A stretch of 55,116 nucleotides of DNA, the filler included, from Sphacelaria rigidula (lineage: Eukaryota): the NCBI GenBank assembly GCA_964200075.2. It is 5 parts of 5 records of this genome, joined end to end, with 100 filler letters (N's around TTAATTAATTAA, not from the genome) between each part and the next. Parts side by side here need not be neighbours in the genome. Positions count along the whole stretch, not along the records: positions 1 to 10,944 come from CAXNAA020005645.1; positions 11,045 to 21,988 come from CAXNAA020005646.1; 3 more parts are not named here. One strand, written 5' to 3'. The notes beneath the pieces were generated by a model, which worked only from the letters and a program-made list of their open reading frames with translations, was not told the origin of the DNA and searched no databases. This document shows, piece after piece, positions 1 through 12,499 of the stretch (positions are counted from its first letter, which is position 1; each line of letters opens with the position of its first letter). The translations under genes were made by a program, and so were the position numbers.

Positions 1-129
1 CAGTAGGAGAAATAGCTTTCCATAAGTAATAATTATTCCGATGTCAGGAGAACGTCAGGAGAACGTGGTCACCAAGTGGTCACGGCAACCAGCTGCATCG
101 CACTCGCAAGATCTGTGAAAGCTACGTAG

Positions 130-1479
130 AGAGTTAGATTTTTATGAGCTGCATGCACAAAATGAAAACGAACTCGTGAACTTGGGGATCCATGTGGGGC
201 CACACATAGTATTCTTTCAAACGAAACGGAGTCGGCGCCACACCACACCAGCCGACCGTATGTGAGCGCACACCATCAAGCGAGTTTGTAGAGCCTCATC
301 ATCCGACGGAATCCACAAAGTATCACTACTGCCAACACGCACGCGAAACAAACCATCGTCAGCCAAAGCAGCTTGACCGAAAGTCGTGGGAAAAGAATGA
401 ACACCTTCGCCGACTGTTTTGCGCTGCGCGGTACGAATGACATCCAGCGAGGACAGCGAATCATCGGCATCACACGGACTGTACACGGCAACAGAACGAA
501 CAGGCACGCTAGGAAGCTTTACCCAGCGAGACAACAAATCTCCCGAAAAATTGCGCTCTCCAGCAATGTGGTCAATGGCATACCGACATTATTGTTGGGC
601 TCCCAGCAACTCCCGCATGCTTTCTTGCCTTGGTATCACCCCCGGAGACTGTTCCACTGGCGCGTTCACCGTCTGATAGTCGCTGACCAAACGGAATGTG
701 TCTCTCTTCGGAACCGCCATCGCCGGACTCGCCCACATAGCCTGAATATCCCTCACCAACAAACCAAATGCCACCAAAACTGCAATGCATGCAGCAAGCC
801 ACACAGTCTTCACCGGACCGCAGCGGCGAGGCTTGGCTATCACAGCCTCCTTCATTGGTTCCACGCGCGCTGGCGGATCACCACGCAGCGCACGACGAAA
901 TATATCTACGCGACGAGCCAAATTATCGTGCAGACAATGTGCGCCATCGGCGCTCAGGCCCTCCTGCTCGGCCTGCTGCACGCTATCCTCAAGCGCACGT
1001 TCTTCTGTACCTCTCTCCTCCGCTGGGTCCATGAGCATGTTCGGCCCCCGATCGACCGAGCGCTCCACCGCTTCATCAGCAGGAGCCTCCTCCTCATTGG
1101 TGCTCTCGAATGACCGTATGCGCACGATCACACGCCTTGCAGCAAGGTAACTGGGATTTTCCACGCCGGTTTGCACCGGCACAGCACGCGGGCGTAACTT
1201 ATCCAACGCCAGCGGGAACAGATCAATCCCGAGCTCCTTCATCGTCGCTATACCAGATAGAACCATGTTGTCCCTACCGGGCATCACAGCGAAAGTTATG
1301 GGCTGCAACTCCACAGCCCTCCACGGTGTACGCACGCTAACAATAATCGGCACTGTTTTGTGTGTAACCGTCACGGGAGCACCCGTGGCGATCTGCGCCG
1401 TTTGCGGTCCGTTTTCGAACGGAATCTGAAGCTGAGCGCCGCCAAAGTGCGCAAAACATCTATTCTGGCAACCCCACAC
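130..1479 (-). pseudogene. Gypsy pol remnant (RT N-terminus fused to RNase H C-terminus, integrase H2C2 fragment)
   Basis: ORFs 589-1479 and 217-537 are in the same frame, separated by one TAA at 589-591. The YxDD RT core and most of RNase H are absent. Confidence 0.85.
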
Positions 1480-1506
1480 CCATCAACGTGAGCGCGGACC
1501 CAGAAT

Positions 1507-2843
1507 CTAGAACAACGCGGGCAATGAACGAAGCAAGGATAAATCTGCGCGTAAGCATTCAGCCTTGCGATCGACAGGTACCACGCCTGCCGAAGAACCC
1601 TGTTCTGTCCCAAGAGTCGCCTGACGCCAGGGCTGCCCTCCAGCACTTGGCATCGATAGCTGCGAATCGTCAGTCCAACCAGACCAAGTCGCCGAATATG
1701 CAGACGGCGCCGGTACAGTCGTCGCAGCTGTAAGGAATGCACCAGACACGGATCCTGCCTGGCCGAGGGGTTGCGAGCTATTCGCTCCAGCACTCCCCAC
1801 CGAAGTGTTTGTATTTCCAACGTACACTGTCCGCCCACCTACGGACGAACCATAAGATCCAGAGTCACCACCTGATGACGTCGTGACAGAAACAGCAGCG
1901 GAGGAACCACCATCCGCCGCCGATTTCTTGCTACCGCGACCGCCGCGCCCGCGTCCCTGATTGGCACGACCCCGTCCACCGTGACGACCGCCCCGAGATC
2001 CTGATGAATCTCGCGCATTGCCCTGTACATCGCCTCTAGCGCGAGGCTTGGGGCAGTCCTTGATCATATGTCCGGTGTCGCCGCAGTTGTAACACGCGCG
2101 AGTGGATGACGCTCGCAAAGACGGCTGCTGTTCTGTTGCTGATGCTGTTTGCGGCACATACCACCTCCACTCGTTGCAGAATCGCGCCGGCGATGTGCCC
2201 CAATGAACTTCCACTGGTCGGCCGCCTCAAATATCTTTTTGGACACCACCGTCGGGTTCTTTTTCCAGCCGTCAACATACGTTAGTACACTTTCAACATA
2301 CGCCTTGAATTCCGGGGGCGAAATCCCGTCTACCAAAGCTATGGAAACCGACTCGGCCGGGCCTGGCAACCAACTCCTGTCATCTGCACGATACATGGCT
2401 TGCACCGTCAGGTTTTCTGCGAAAAACCTTTCCATAGCTGAACTGACCATCATCGCACGGTCCTTGACAGATTTCCCACTGCTTTGTGGCGTAATAAGAA
2501 CTCTACGCAAGTCTGCTGCAGCCCGCGCAGTGTCATGCCTTCCGCCGGTTGTAGTATACCCGGCATGCTGCTTCACTGCATCAAGCAATTCGTCGAGGGT
2601 CATAGCCCGACGGTCCTTGTACATATCTTCGGAACATCGGTGAATATAGGTAGGGATGAGTTGACCTATGCTCACCCTCTCATGCCTCACGATTCCCTGT
2701 GAATTCACGAGACTCAAACGCTGTATGTGTTCAAGATATGCTGCGAAAAAAACGCGTGATGCCTCCTCTGTCCACACTTCGCCATACTCATGCGATTCTA
2801 GCGACTCATCCAACACCAGCGGTGCTGCCGCCGCTTGAGCCAT
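1507..2843 (-). pseudogene. Gypsy gag with CCHC zinc knuckle, frameshifted
   Basis: ORF 2064-2843 (ATG at 2843) overlaps ORF 1507-2214, which carries CX2CX4HX4C and an RG-rich nucleocapsid-like stretch. Confidence 0.8.
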
Positions 2844-3289
2844 GTCTATGCTTCAAACACTTCACGGAGAGGCTCTAGCCTGACTTATGCGTCCTCCAGC
2901 TCACGGAGCGTCTCTACTGTTGTGCGCTTCAAGTTGATCTCCTGTCTGCGGGTTCAAGTGGCTCTCAGCTGCAGCCCACTTCTCCTCAGCCGAATTTCTC
3001 TAACAGAGTTCCGGAAGAATATCTAGATGCCGTAGCCTCTGCAAGACGATGTGGACAAGAGGACTATCCACGAGGGACTCCTCCAGTAGCACTTGCCTCG
3101 TGCTCGATAGGTCCTTTCTTCTCACTTGTTATTATCACGGAGTGATCCAGAAACAGACCACATCATGAGTCAGACAGCAAGGGGCCAGACAGATAATGGC
3201 CATCAATCCAGGATACCCTGTCCTCTGCCACTGCTCCAATCATGCACGTGATTATATTGAAACCTACGGCTTGGTATCATTTGGCTACA

Positions 3290-4108
3290 ATGCCCTAAAT
3301 CTGGATATTTCGTCTCAGTTTTTGAGAGTTGTGCTGTAAAAATTGGTATTAACTGCTAGTACATCATGAAATTGAAAAATACATATTTTCACTCTTTTTT
3401 CGTTTTTTTCTCCGTTTTTTTCGTGTTTCTTGGGGAGTTTTGAGGAGAAATGAACATTGCTCTTGGGCCTTATCTCAATTTTGAAGCTCAATTTTTGAAA
3501 CTTAGCATGAAGAACGACAGAGGTATGCTGAGAAGAAGAAAAAATGGGCCTTCATTTTGTTTTGGGGGGGGAGAGGTTCGGGCGTTCTCGTGAAAAGATG
3601 GCCGTTACCATACTAAAACGCCCTAAACCAGCGAAATAAATGAATCAAAACCGACCTGATCCACTTTTCTTGGTTCATCATGACCTAGCAAGGTCCCGCA
3701 CATAGTTTCACTACACGAACACCAAACGTGGGCCGATAAACGGCCTGCAAAATACTGTTGGAAACTTCCGCCGGCCTGGTTTTTTAAAGGGTAATCATCA
3801 ATTTTCTACTTGAAGTTGGACAGTGAAATGTGGTATGCACAATCAAGAGGAGATGAAGAAAAGCTGTGTGTGGGGTTCCGAAGTTTTTTTTGTGTCGTTC
3901 ACGAGTGAAGGGCAATAATCAGTTTTGAGGTTTTGGTAAAATGCCTTTAACTCATGTAAAAAACCAAAAAAAACTTCGGGACCCCACAGACAGCTTTTCT
4001 TCATGCCCTGTTGATTGTCCGTATCAAATTTCATTGTCCAACTCTGAGTAAAAAACTGCGAATTCGCCTCCAAACGACATATCCGCTTCTAGGCTGGCCC
4101 AGCCTGTA
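3290..4108. repeat. Dispersed DNA-transposon-like repeat (family A)
   Basis: 3290-3500 matches 50660-50870. 3540-3780 matches the reverse complement of 42790-43010. It ends in CCCAGCCTG-TA (4098-4108), the same terminus as the TA-flanked element at 40058-41190. Confidence 0.7.
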
Positions 4109-4922
4109 TACCTGGCCGAAATGTGGCGTAGAAAGGGGAAGTGGTTTCTGGAGGCGAGACATCCTTCTGCGCATAGCCATGTCTAGCGAGTGACATGTTT
4201 TTTTTTTTTTATTTTTTATAGGCTCGGGTGTCGAGGAGCCCCCCCATTGCTGTGCGTGAAAAATTCGTGGCGAAATCAGGGTAGATTGTGTGTTTTGCTG
4301 TTGAGGCGTGTCTGGTCATTTTTTGTACCTTTCTTGTAGGCAAAATACGAGAAGGTATACCTTTTCTAGGCCATGGCCCAAATAGTGGACCCGTCTAGGT
4401 GAAAAATTGTGGCCGTTTAAATCCGTGTTTGGGTTGCTCGGGAAATCGGCCTGGGCATACATGGCGACCACTAGGCGATACATATGGGCGTGTAACACAC
4501 AGACCCAATACACAACCACGCATCAATTCCTTAGGCCCACTGCCCCCAACCACCACTGTCGCCGACTACCAACAATCCCCAATTAGCCGGAGCATGACTC
4601 TACCCATCGCTGTTGGTCAGCTGAGTAGGACATCCTGAAGTGGGGGTAAAGCTGTCGTAAATGGGAAGAGATCCGATTAATTGCGTCAGACGCTCCGAAT
4701 TAAAACACCGACGGGGGATAGGGTCAACGACTGCATTTTTTGGCGTTTTTTTGGCACGCACAAGGTCGCCGCTCCTCCAGTACTGAATGGATTGCCGTGG
4801 AAAAAAGACCACTGCGTGTGTAGATAAACAAGTGCTAGTACTAGATGTGATGCGCTTGGGTAGCGGGTGTCTGCGCGTACAGTACGCATCAGCACTTGAG
4901 AATTTAGCAGTCAAGAATTCGA

Positions 4923-5497
4923 GGCTGAGATATTCGACATTTCAATACTTTACAGGTGAGCATTTGTGCTGAGCTGGACGAGGAAATAAGAAGTGTAAAC
5001 AGTTGATTCTCGAAAACAGGGTTGGAAGAAAAATGGGTTTAAACTCAAAATCCGCGCTTTCCCTGACCTATATTCATGACGAATGACTTTCCAACGGACG
5101 ACCTCATCCATCCCGACCTCCCTAAAACTATTCCGGGGGGTTTCTAGCCTTCCGTTCCCCCAGAGGATACGTGCGAAAGCACACTTTTACCTCGATTCCG
5201 GGGTGAAAAAAAGACGTTTTTTGGCCCAAAAATCGTTCTTTCGTACATACCCTTCGGGGGAACGGAAGGCTGGAAATCCCCCGAAATAGTTTTGGGCAGG
5301 TCGGGAGGGATGGAACCGTCCATATGAATATTCATTGAGGTCAGCGAAAGCACGGCTCTTGTGTTGGACCTCATTCTTGTTTTCAACCTCATTTTCGAGA
5401 ATCCACTGTGTGTAGTCGTTTGCGCTGAACTCGATGAGAAATTAAATTTATGCAAATGTGCTGAAATTGGAGAGAATATAAGACGCGAGCCTCAGCC
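4923..5497. mobile_element. Foldback/MITE-like element with ~260-bp degenerate inverted arms
   Basis: Paired segments: ggctgag/ctcagcc, gattctcgaaaa/ttttcgagaatc, cccgacct..aaaactatt/aatagtttt..aggtcggg and agccttccgttcccc/ggggaacggaaggct, around a centre near 5200. Confidence 0.7.
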
Positions 5498-5511
5498 AAA
5501 ACAGGAGATTA

Positions 5512-5617
5512 TTAACCCTTGGACAGCGAGAGTGGGTCATCTGTTGAATCGACCCCAATGTCACTTGGGGGAAATATGCATAATCCAGATGGACTGCCCT
5601 CGCGTTTTAAGGGTCAA
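5512..5617. mobile_element. piggyBac-type MITE (~100 bp), copy 1
   Basis: TTAA-CCCTTGGACAGCGAG ... CTCGCGTTTTAAGGG-TCAA. Internal sequence is homologous to 43324-43429 and 50947-51052. Confidence 0.8.
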
Positions 5618-6779
5618 GTGCTGACGCGAACTGTAGTTATTTTGGCTCCCTTGTGGCGTGACGTTTTTCGATCACTGTCCTCGTGCTGCTAGTTGAAATA
5701 TTCGGAGCACCCCTGTCCGGATTTTCAGAGCTATTCAAACTTACGCTCAGTTCAAGGAGCACCGATGTGGGAAATAAATTTGAGTTCTCCATTGGGCCCA
5801 AACAAATGGTCGTTAGGGCTTGCACTAACCAAGCAAGAAAAATGAGAACGTACCGCGCGAGTGAGAATGGTTCTGTTTTTGTTTTGTTTTTTCTTTGGTC
5901 TTTTCAGCTGGTTGCCCATCAGTTCTCAACTAATCGGAAGGGAAAAAAAAACATGAAAATCGCCAGAATCATCATCACTCTCACGACGCGCTCTCACTTT
6001 TGTGGTCGCGTTAAAAATGGGCCCTCACGAGCTGAAATCGCCGTCCAAAGTGTGGATATGCGCTCCGACCAAGAAATGACGTCGGGGCGGATACACGGAG
6101 TTCAGGCACATGGATGGATGAAGATCCGCGGAATCCGAAGATTGGCGGTTCCGCGTGTTTACGAAGACTTCTCCGCATTCGGCGCGATTCCTTACCGTGT
6201 GCATGAATGCTTGCCCTTACGCCATGCGGCCCTGTGAGTTTACCCCGAGCATCGCGGTGTGGCTTACCAAGACAACTAATGACCGAATAGCCGACGAAAA
6301 ACATGTTCCAAGCCCACTCATGATGCCGTGATCACCCCACCGTCTACTGAATGATAGTGAGGATGTATTTTGTAAAAAGCAGTGATCGAAAAAGTGCGGG
6401 GGAAAATAGTTTTCGGAGTTGATACGTCCCATGTCATTTATGTTCTCAGATGGCTTCAAGACCTCTTTGGAATTAGCCGTGCGCGACCGGAGAGGTATGG
6501 AATGGGAAAGTAGCTGTTACGATCGAAAACATTCGGCCGAGAAGAACGAAGGGGCACTTGATTTCTATCGTGCAGATCACCACGCCAGACACCATCCGTG
6601 CACTGAACCATGCAAACTCCACCCAATTATTTCTCAGCTACCACCGCAACCCTGCAGCATAAAGCACGAGTTGAGAGCAGAGAAATAAGAGACTACAGGA
6701 GTGAAGCCCAAAGGGTTCAGAGCAGCAGGGCAGGAACAAACACCATGGGGCACCGCGAAACCACCGGCCAAGAACACAA

Positions 6780-7640
6780 TCAACAACCGATAGGGGCAAA
6801 CTGGATTCTCCGAGTGGCGTCTCTCGACGCAGCAGCCTCCCGTTTGTGACGGCGGTCCGATTCTCGTTCGTCATCGCGTCCCCGCGTGTCCTCTGACTAT
6901 TCCGCTCTTTTTTCGACTCCAAGATGCCACCTGCTCATGTTCTTCGCCGCCGGTACCCACTCATATGCATCGTTAACCTCTACACCGTAGACGAACCATT
7001 TCCGTCGCGCTCCTTTTTTCGGAACAGTCCCTATTGCACATACTGAAGGTTCTCCCGGAGATTTTCCTCCGATCATCGTTTGGGGGGCGACCAGCCTCCA
7101 TGAGCCCTCGTGCGATTAACCGTCCGTTCATGATATATTTGGGAAGACATGTTTTTTTCTGCCGGACAAGGGCTCCCGCGAACCAGAGTTGACCAATGCG
7201 AATAGTCGTCTTGATACGTTCGCAGTTGGTCATCTCGACCACCCCTGTGTGCAAAAGAGTTTTGTAACCAGTTCGGTTTTTCCTGCAGAGTGCAATCACT
7301 CTCAGCAAAAGCTTGTGATGGCAGTGCGCAGACTGTCGAAGTCCTGAGAACGTAACGTCCGTGTGGCACACCGGTACAACAGACCTTCCACCACCTCCGC
7401 TTTTAGCAGCCGAACTTCCAAGGACAGCTGGGCGTTGGGTCGATCGTAGGGCTGGAAATGATATTTTCGGACATGTGTCCATGCTGCGCTGATGCGGCGG
7501 TCGATTTCGATGGAAATTTTTGCATCCGCACTGACAGCACCACCAAGGTAGACGAACTTAGCCGCCTGCTTATACCGTTGACCGGCAGCCTTGATGTGGA
7601 GGGCAGCCTCCGTGGAAGTGGATACTGACAAGAGGCGCAT
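6780..7640 (-). mobile_element. 5'-truncated RTE-clade LINE, C-terminal part of RT ORF, frameshifted
   Basis: AAGQRYKQAAKFVYLGGAVS...EIDRRISAAW...VRLLKAEVVEGLLY followed by HHKLLLRVI...QLWFAGALVRQ..LPKYIMNGRL. This is the typical RTE RT thumb/C-terminal motif set (FxYLG; RIxxAW; LxWxGHxxR..LPKxxxxG). Confidence 0.85.
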
Positions 7641-8599
7641 GAACGGTATACTCAATCGAAAAGTGAATTTGTGATATCTCGTGATCTTAGCAGGCGCTGT
7701 ACAGTTGGACGACCTCGTTAGGTTCATGCACTGCTGCCCGTGACGTTGCTCTCTCGGTACCGCTACGTACTGTTAGGACACGCAAACGTCTCACATCCAT
7801 GCGTCCTCTCCGGCTATGTCTGCAATGTCTTGGTGCTCTCAAGGCATGGAGGTGACTTTCCCCCCAGTTCGTGATAGTTTCAATTGTACAGTGCTGTGCA
7901 GTAAGCCAACAACGATACAGCCACCTCTGTACCCACGTGCCTCGTCAGCAGCCCGGATACTGTAGCGCGTAGGTGGGCACGGTCACTTTCCTTGCATTGC
8001 TACACAGTAAGAGAGAGCTAGCATGAGACTAATGCCTACTGTACTATATGATACTTTGATGGGGATCCTTAAGTGAAACAAATCGAGATTCGCCCCCGAC
8101 GTATCGAACTGGCATCGTTCATGGAGAAAGTTAGAAATTAGGCAGTCATCGCGGGAAATGTCGCAATTACTGAAGAACCGATGACGTACGCAGGACTCAC
8201 CACGGATTGCCCAAGAAGTATCCCCTTCAACAGAAATAACCTACACGAATTGAAGAGGAACGAATGGGAAGAAGGCAGGGGGAATCAGGGTGTACTCATC
8301 ATGCTGCATGCCGTAATCATAAAGCCGTTGACCTCGCATCCCTACAAAACCGGAACCAAGCACGCTGGGATTTTGCCAGGCAAGGCTCGCAATCAATCAC
8401 CAAGCGCCAAGCACCATGATGTGTTCGGCGATTCGCATGAAAGGTGAGCTGTATTCTGCTAAGATTGTCCGGCCCGAGACGTACTGATTATCTTGCATAT
8501 TGATGACAGCCTAGAATGAGTTGATTCATTTTCTGGTATCGCCACTTCCAGAGACAGCCACAAGGTACACACGACCTCATGGGTGGGGACGTGAGGTTT

Positions 8600-9350
8600 T
8601 TCCGCTGAGAGCGAAAATTCCATCGGCAACAAGATCGCAGTAATTCCTTCAAGTCGTTGTAGCACATGTCGAGCACGTCGAGCATGTACCTGCACGAATG
8701 GCCGCTAACCGCCCAATCTCACCCGCACCACCACGATCAATCGTAGAGTTGCAACGGCACATCTCGAGCGAACGATGATGCCAACTTTCGCTGACAGCTG
8801 ACTATCATAATCCGCTGCTTTATGACGACCGTTACTTCAACTCGCGGGCGCACAAATTCGAGTTGAGATTCACAAGGACTTGTTGCTCACAGCAAAATCT
8901 CAAGATCAGTGGCACAACAACAACCGACTCGTCGAGTCGCTGTAGCACATCTCGAGCCAACACTGACAAGTATGGTTGTTGACAACTGAACCTCCCCAGC
9001 AACATTGTCACGGCTACTGCTCCACGTCGCTAGCACATCTCGAGTGGACATTCGCAAGGGCGATCACTGACGGCTAGGCGCCATCATCAGTAACGCTACG
9101 AGTGTCACGACCGCTGCTTCAAGTCGCAGGAATACACCTAGAGTTGACATTCGCAAGGACTTCTCGCTGACCGCTGGACCTGATCATGAGTAGTACTATC
9201 ATCACCAACCCGTCGAGTCGCTACAGCACATCTCGAACGAACACTAGCAAGGGTGGTCGTGGCCGGCCGAACGTCATCATACGTAATACTGACACGATCA
9301 CTGCTTCAAGTCGCGGGAGCAGACCACGAGTTGATATTCGCTAGCTTCAG
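8600..9350. repeat. Degenerate tandem array of eight ~94-bp units
   Basis: GCACATCTCGAG-like cores end at 8673, 8768, 8862, 8956, 9044, 9143, 9237 and 9330 (spacings 95, 94, 94, 88, 99, 94, 93). Confidence 0.75.
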
Positions 9351-10100
9351 TGCCACTGTTGACAGTACTCTCCAACCATCCCAGCTGCTCGTACTCCGTT
9401 CAAGTGTACCGCCCTCCGTCCTTTCGCCCTAGCTCTCGTGTAGTTCATGATCGTCGCTTCTCAACTCGCATCATCCCGATATCGCTCATACCGCCACTTG
9501 ACAAAGTTGTTGTGCACTCTCCCGTCTTTTGACCTTCGTTTTCCTCGCGCATGTGGTGTTCAGCGCACCCACCGCGCGCCAACAACCACCGTTTGGCTAC
9601 TTCGCCGAGTGCACCTCGTTGTACTCCTCTGCATTTTATGCCCCCTCCAGTTTACGGATGTCGGTCGCTCGACCCGTGTCCCCCGTGTACAGTTCAGTAG
9701 CGTGAAGTGTAGCCAACACGGTACAATGCAGTCAGAATCCCTGTGCATATGGCCGAAGGCTAGAAATGTGCTGCCTGTGGTGAAAACGGCGAACATAAAC
9801 GCGAGAAAGGAACACATAGGATCGTCAAACACTACCCCGACCACACCCGCTGTACTACCATTGGTGGATCGGGTCGCCCTCAGCTCATGGGGGAGCAACA
9901 GTTCCGGAACTTTCGATTCCTCGAGGTGGAATATAACCATCGAAATGTGCATTACAGTTGCTGTAGTTCCCACTACACAAGCCGTTGTAATGCGTGAGAG
10001 GACCGCGTGCTTAGAGAACCGTGCCGTAGGTCAAAACACCTCAGGATCGATGTTTTTCAAAACCAATCGGGCCAGTCCCTGCAGGTACCACGCCCCTGAC

Positions 10101-10136
10101 CATAACCCCAAAACTAACCCTAACCCTAACCCTAAT
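10101..10136 (+). repeat. Short interstitial telomere-like repeat (CCCTAA)n
   Basis: cataaccccaaaactaaccctaaccctaaccctaat. Confidence 0.7.
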
Positions 10137-10865
10137 CATAGGTATCTTCAGGTTTCGATGCGTCCTCTCACGCACTACATGTATTATGCACTCCGGCGCG
10201 TTGCTGTTGTCGCGCTCCTTCCGTGCGGTACCCACAGTATGAAGGCAGCGCGCAAGGGTAAGTCGGTTGTTCCTGTTGTCTACTGACAAGGGATGTGGTA
10301 CTATCCTGGCTGTGTTATCCAATCTGCGATGCTTCAGGCCGTTCCGAGAAATATCGTAGATGTTGCATGCGTGTCAAAGAAATGGTGTGTATCTGAATAA
10401 GCAAAAAATGTATCTGACACCACCATCGACAAGTGCTACGCGGCAAGACCGTGACAATTCTGAGTCGGGCGGTACGGGTCGTCTGAAGGTCACGTAGAGA
10501 ACACAAGGAGGGGGTGGTAGCTCGCCAACGAAGTCGAGTTGTTCAATGGATTTTTGTCTACGGTCATTGATTGGCCTCATATTTACACACAAAAAGTCCC
10601 CATGTCAATCCGATACACTCTTCCCGAGATATGGCCCTGCCGTCACCGCCGACCACCAACACCGCCGCCGACAACACACGCACCCCCCCTCGCGGGGTTA
10701 TACGCTGAGGCTAGCTCGCCAGCGAAATCGTGTTGTACGATGGGTTTTTGGTACTGTAAATGGTTGGCATCAGGAACAACGAGTAAACAGGTTGAATACA
10801 CAACATTGTAAAAGTCGCACAGACAATTCTTCCGGGCTACCTGGTATTCATGCTAATGTACTACT

Positions 10866-10944
10866 CTACTGTGTTGTCGTCACATTTATTCTGGGCGCCA
10901 GTCTACCCCTTTCGGGATATGTGGGCGCATCAGCCGGGGTTACA
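10866..10944 (-). repeat. SINE-like dispersed family fragment, cut by contig end
   Basis: Reverse complement of the ...ggctgatgcgcccacata...tagactggcgtccagaatagatgggacgacaaca tail seen at 22950-23030, 38150-38230 and 44177-44260. Confidence 0.75.
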
Positions 10945-11044
10945 NNNNNNNNNNNNNNNNNNNNNNNNNNNNNNNNNNNNNNNNNNNNTTAATTAATTAA
11001 NNNNNNNNNNNNNNNNNNNNNNNNNNNNNNNNNNNNNNNNNNNN
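10945..11044. other. Artificial contig spacer N44-TTAATTAATTAA-N44
   Basis: 100-bp spacer with a six-frame stop linker. Confidence 0.99.
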
Positions 11045-11257
11045 CATGGTTACCGCTAAAAAAACGCAAGCGCGCAAAAACTAAACGGTAACCTAGTTGC
11101 CTGGCTTACGCAGTGAGTGGCATGTTTTACAGCGTCATCGCCAACTGACGCCAACCCCATCGGGGGTCCGCCCCTACAAAGCCAGGACGGAGCACGCCGG
11201 GTTCTTGCTGGACCAGGCTGATGGTGTGTGTGTGAGGGAAGGCATGCCGCACTGTAC

Positions 11258-11422
11258 CTGATTTCCAAGAGATCGGTTCTCCTGCCTGGCACGATGCACG
11301 TCCGGTCGGAATTGCTGGATGCAGAGCCTGTCGAAGAGCCATGGCCCTACGACGGTCACCAACATGGCGAGGATGACCTGAGCCTTCAACACCTTGGACG
11401 GGAACACGCCTATTTCTAACAA
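11258..11422 (-). CDS. Internal exon, probable C-terminal transmembrane segment of a P5-type (ATP13A1/Spf1-like) P-type ATPase
   Basis: cag|TTG...CAG|gtac, 165 bp, phase 0/0, encoding LLEIGVFPSKVLKAQVILAMLVTVVGPWLFDRLCIQQFRPDVHRARQENRSLGNQ. It resembles the last TM helix of P5A ATPases (FP..F...l...G...DRL...F). Product assignment is from recalled family pattern only. Confidence 0.5.
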
Positions 11423-12499
11423 CTGCGTGCGGTCGTGTGGGAGGGAACATGTGGAGAGAGTGGGGAAGGTGCAGGAGTATTCTTGATGGTGTTGCCGTGC
11501 GACAAGGTCTCGAGTTTCTCCGCAAAAAGTGCGTCTGGGAACATGTAACAGGACTCCAGGCAAGGTCTACGAGTTGGTTCATGCTCATCACCCAAAAAAC
11601 ACTCATCGGCAAAACTTCATGCCGTTTGAAGGCGTTAGACCCTGAGATTTTGCACACATGCTTCATGGGTGATTACGCAACTTTCGAAGGTCGAGTTTTT
11701 TTCAACTTTTTTACTTCTTCATCGTTTTTTGGGGGTCCCGGTATTTTTGGGAAAACTTCGATCCAGTTGGACCCCCGTAAAACGATTCCAATTTTTCAAA
11801 TTGGTTGTTGTCTCAGGCTATTCCAGATTCGGCATTGGATTTCTGTGACAGAAAAACGAGCAGAACGTTTCGAGAACTTTTCAAAAAACGAGCAGAACTT
11901 TTCAATAACTGCTCAAAACATGACCCCATTATCTGGAGTACAGGGTAGTACACTGAACACAAGACAATTCTGCAGTGGTACATGGAGTACAGAGTACTAC
12001 ACTGAACACAAGATAACACAGCAGTTCTGCAGTGTTTTTTAGTTTTAGAACCTGAAGACGGAGTGTATACAGTATGCATCAGCTTCTCTTGTTGCAAAAT
12101 TAATAGTGTCCAGCTGCTGCTGCTGTACTACTACGACAGCACACCAATATTTTTTTCAGAATTTGTAGCAGTTTTAGTGCTGCATGCGGTGTTCCGGTAA
12201 GCGCAGAAGTGGGGTGAGATCAAACGACAAAGGTGAAACGATGAAACGATCACGTGACGATCGTGCAGCTGTCTGTCTCGGGGGAATTACGAAGTCCAAG
12301 TCCTGACCTGGATTTGATATCCGCAAACACCGCCACTACTGTACTCTCTGTGCTTGCAGGTACAGTACAGCCTGTACTCGGACAAGGGAGGTGAACAGCA
12401 CGCTGTCACTTGTGGATAGATACACTGCAGTAGCTGGGTATGCTTTGGTATTTTTTGTTGGCGAAAAGTTGCACATCTTCTCTCATGGTGGGCATCAGC

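Larger units (their letters stand above)
130..2843 (-). mobile_element. Degenerate, internally deleted Ty3/Gypsy LTR retrotransposon (gag-pol remnant)
   Basis: Minus-strand domain order is gag, CCHC knuckle (CYNCGDTGHMIKDC), protease-region remnant, RT start (WASPAMAVPKRDTFRLVSDY), RNase H end (YAIDHIAGERNFSGDLLSRW), then integrase Zn-binding region (LQTRLMVCAH...LKEYYVWPHMDPQVHEF). RT-RH-IN is the Gypsy order. It has multiple frameshifts and stops. LTRs were not identified. Confidence 0.9.

Noticed and set aside
373..1113. Long plus-strand ORFs over the Gypsy region, minus-strand ORFs over 17760-21937, and ORF 9447-10286
   Set aside because: Antisense shadows of retroelement ORFs or chance ORFs without domain features.
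1873..1893. Hammerhead ribozyme core (CTGATGA...GAAAC)
   Set aside because: No viable stem II or flanking stems. It is the antisense of gag codons.
8600..9350. CRISPR array
   Set aside because: Repeats are degenerate, linkers are partly homologous, no cas genes are present and the context is eukaryotic.
10989..11000. TTAATTAATTAA recurring every ~11.04 kb as a biological periodic motif
   Set aside because: It is embedded in N runs and is an assembly linker.
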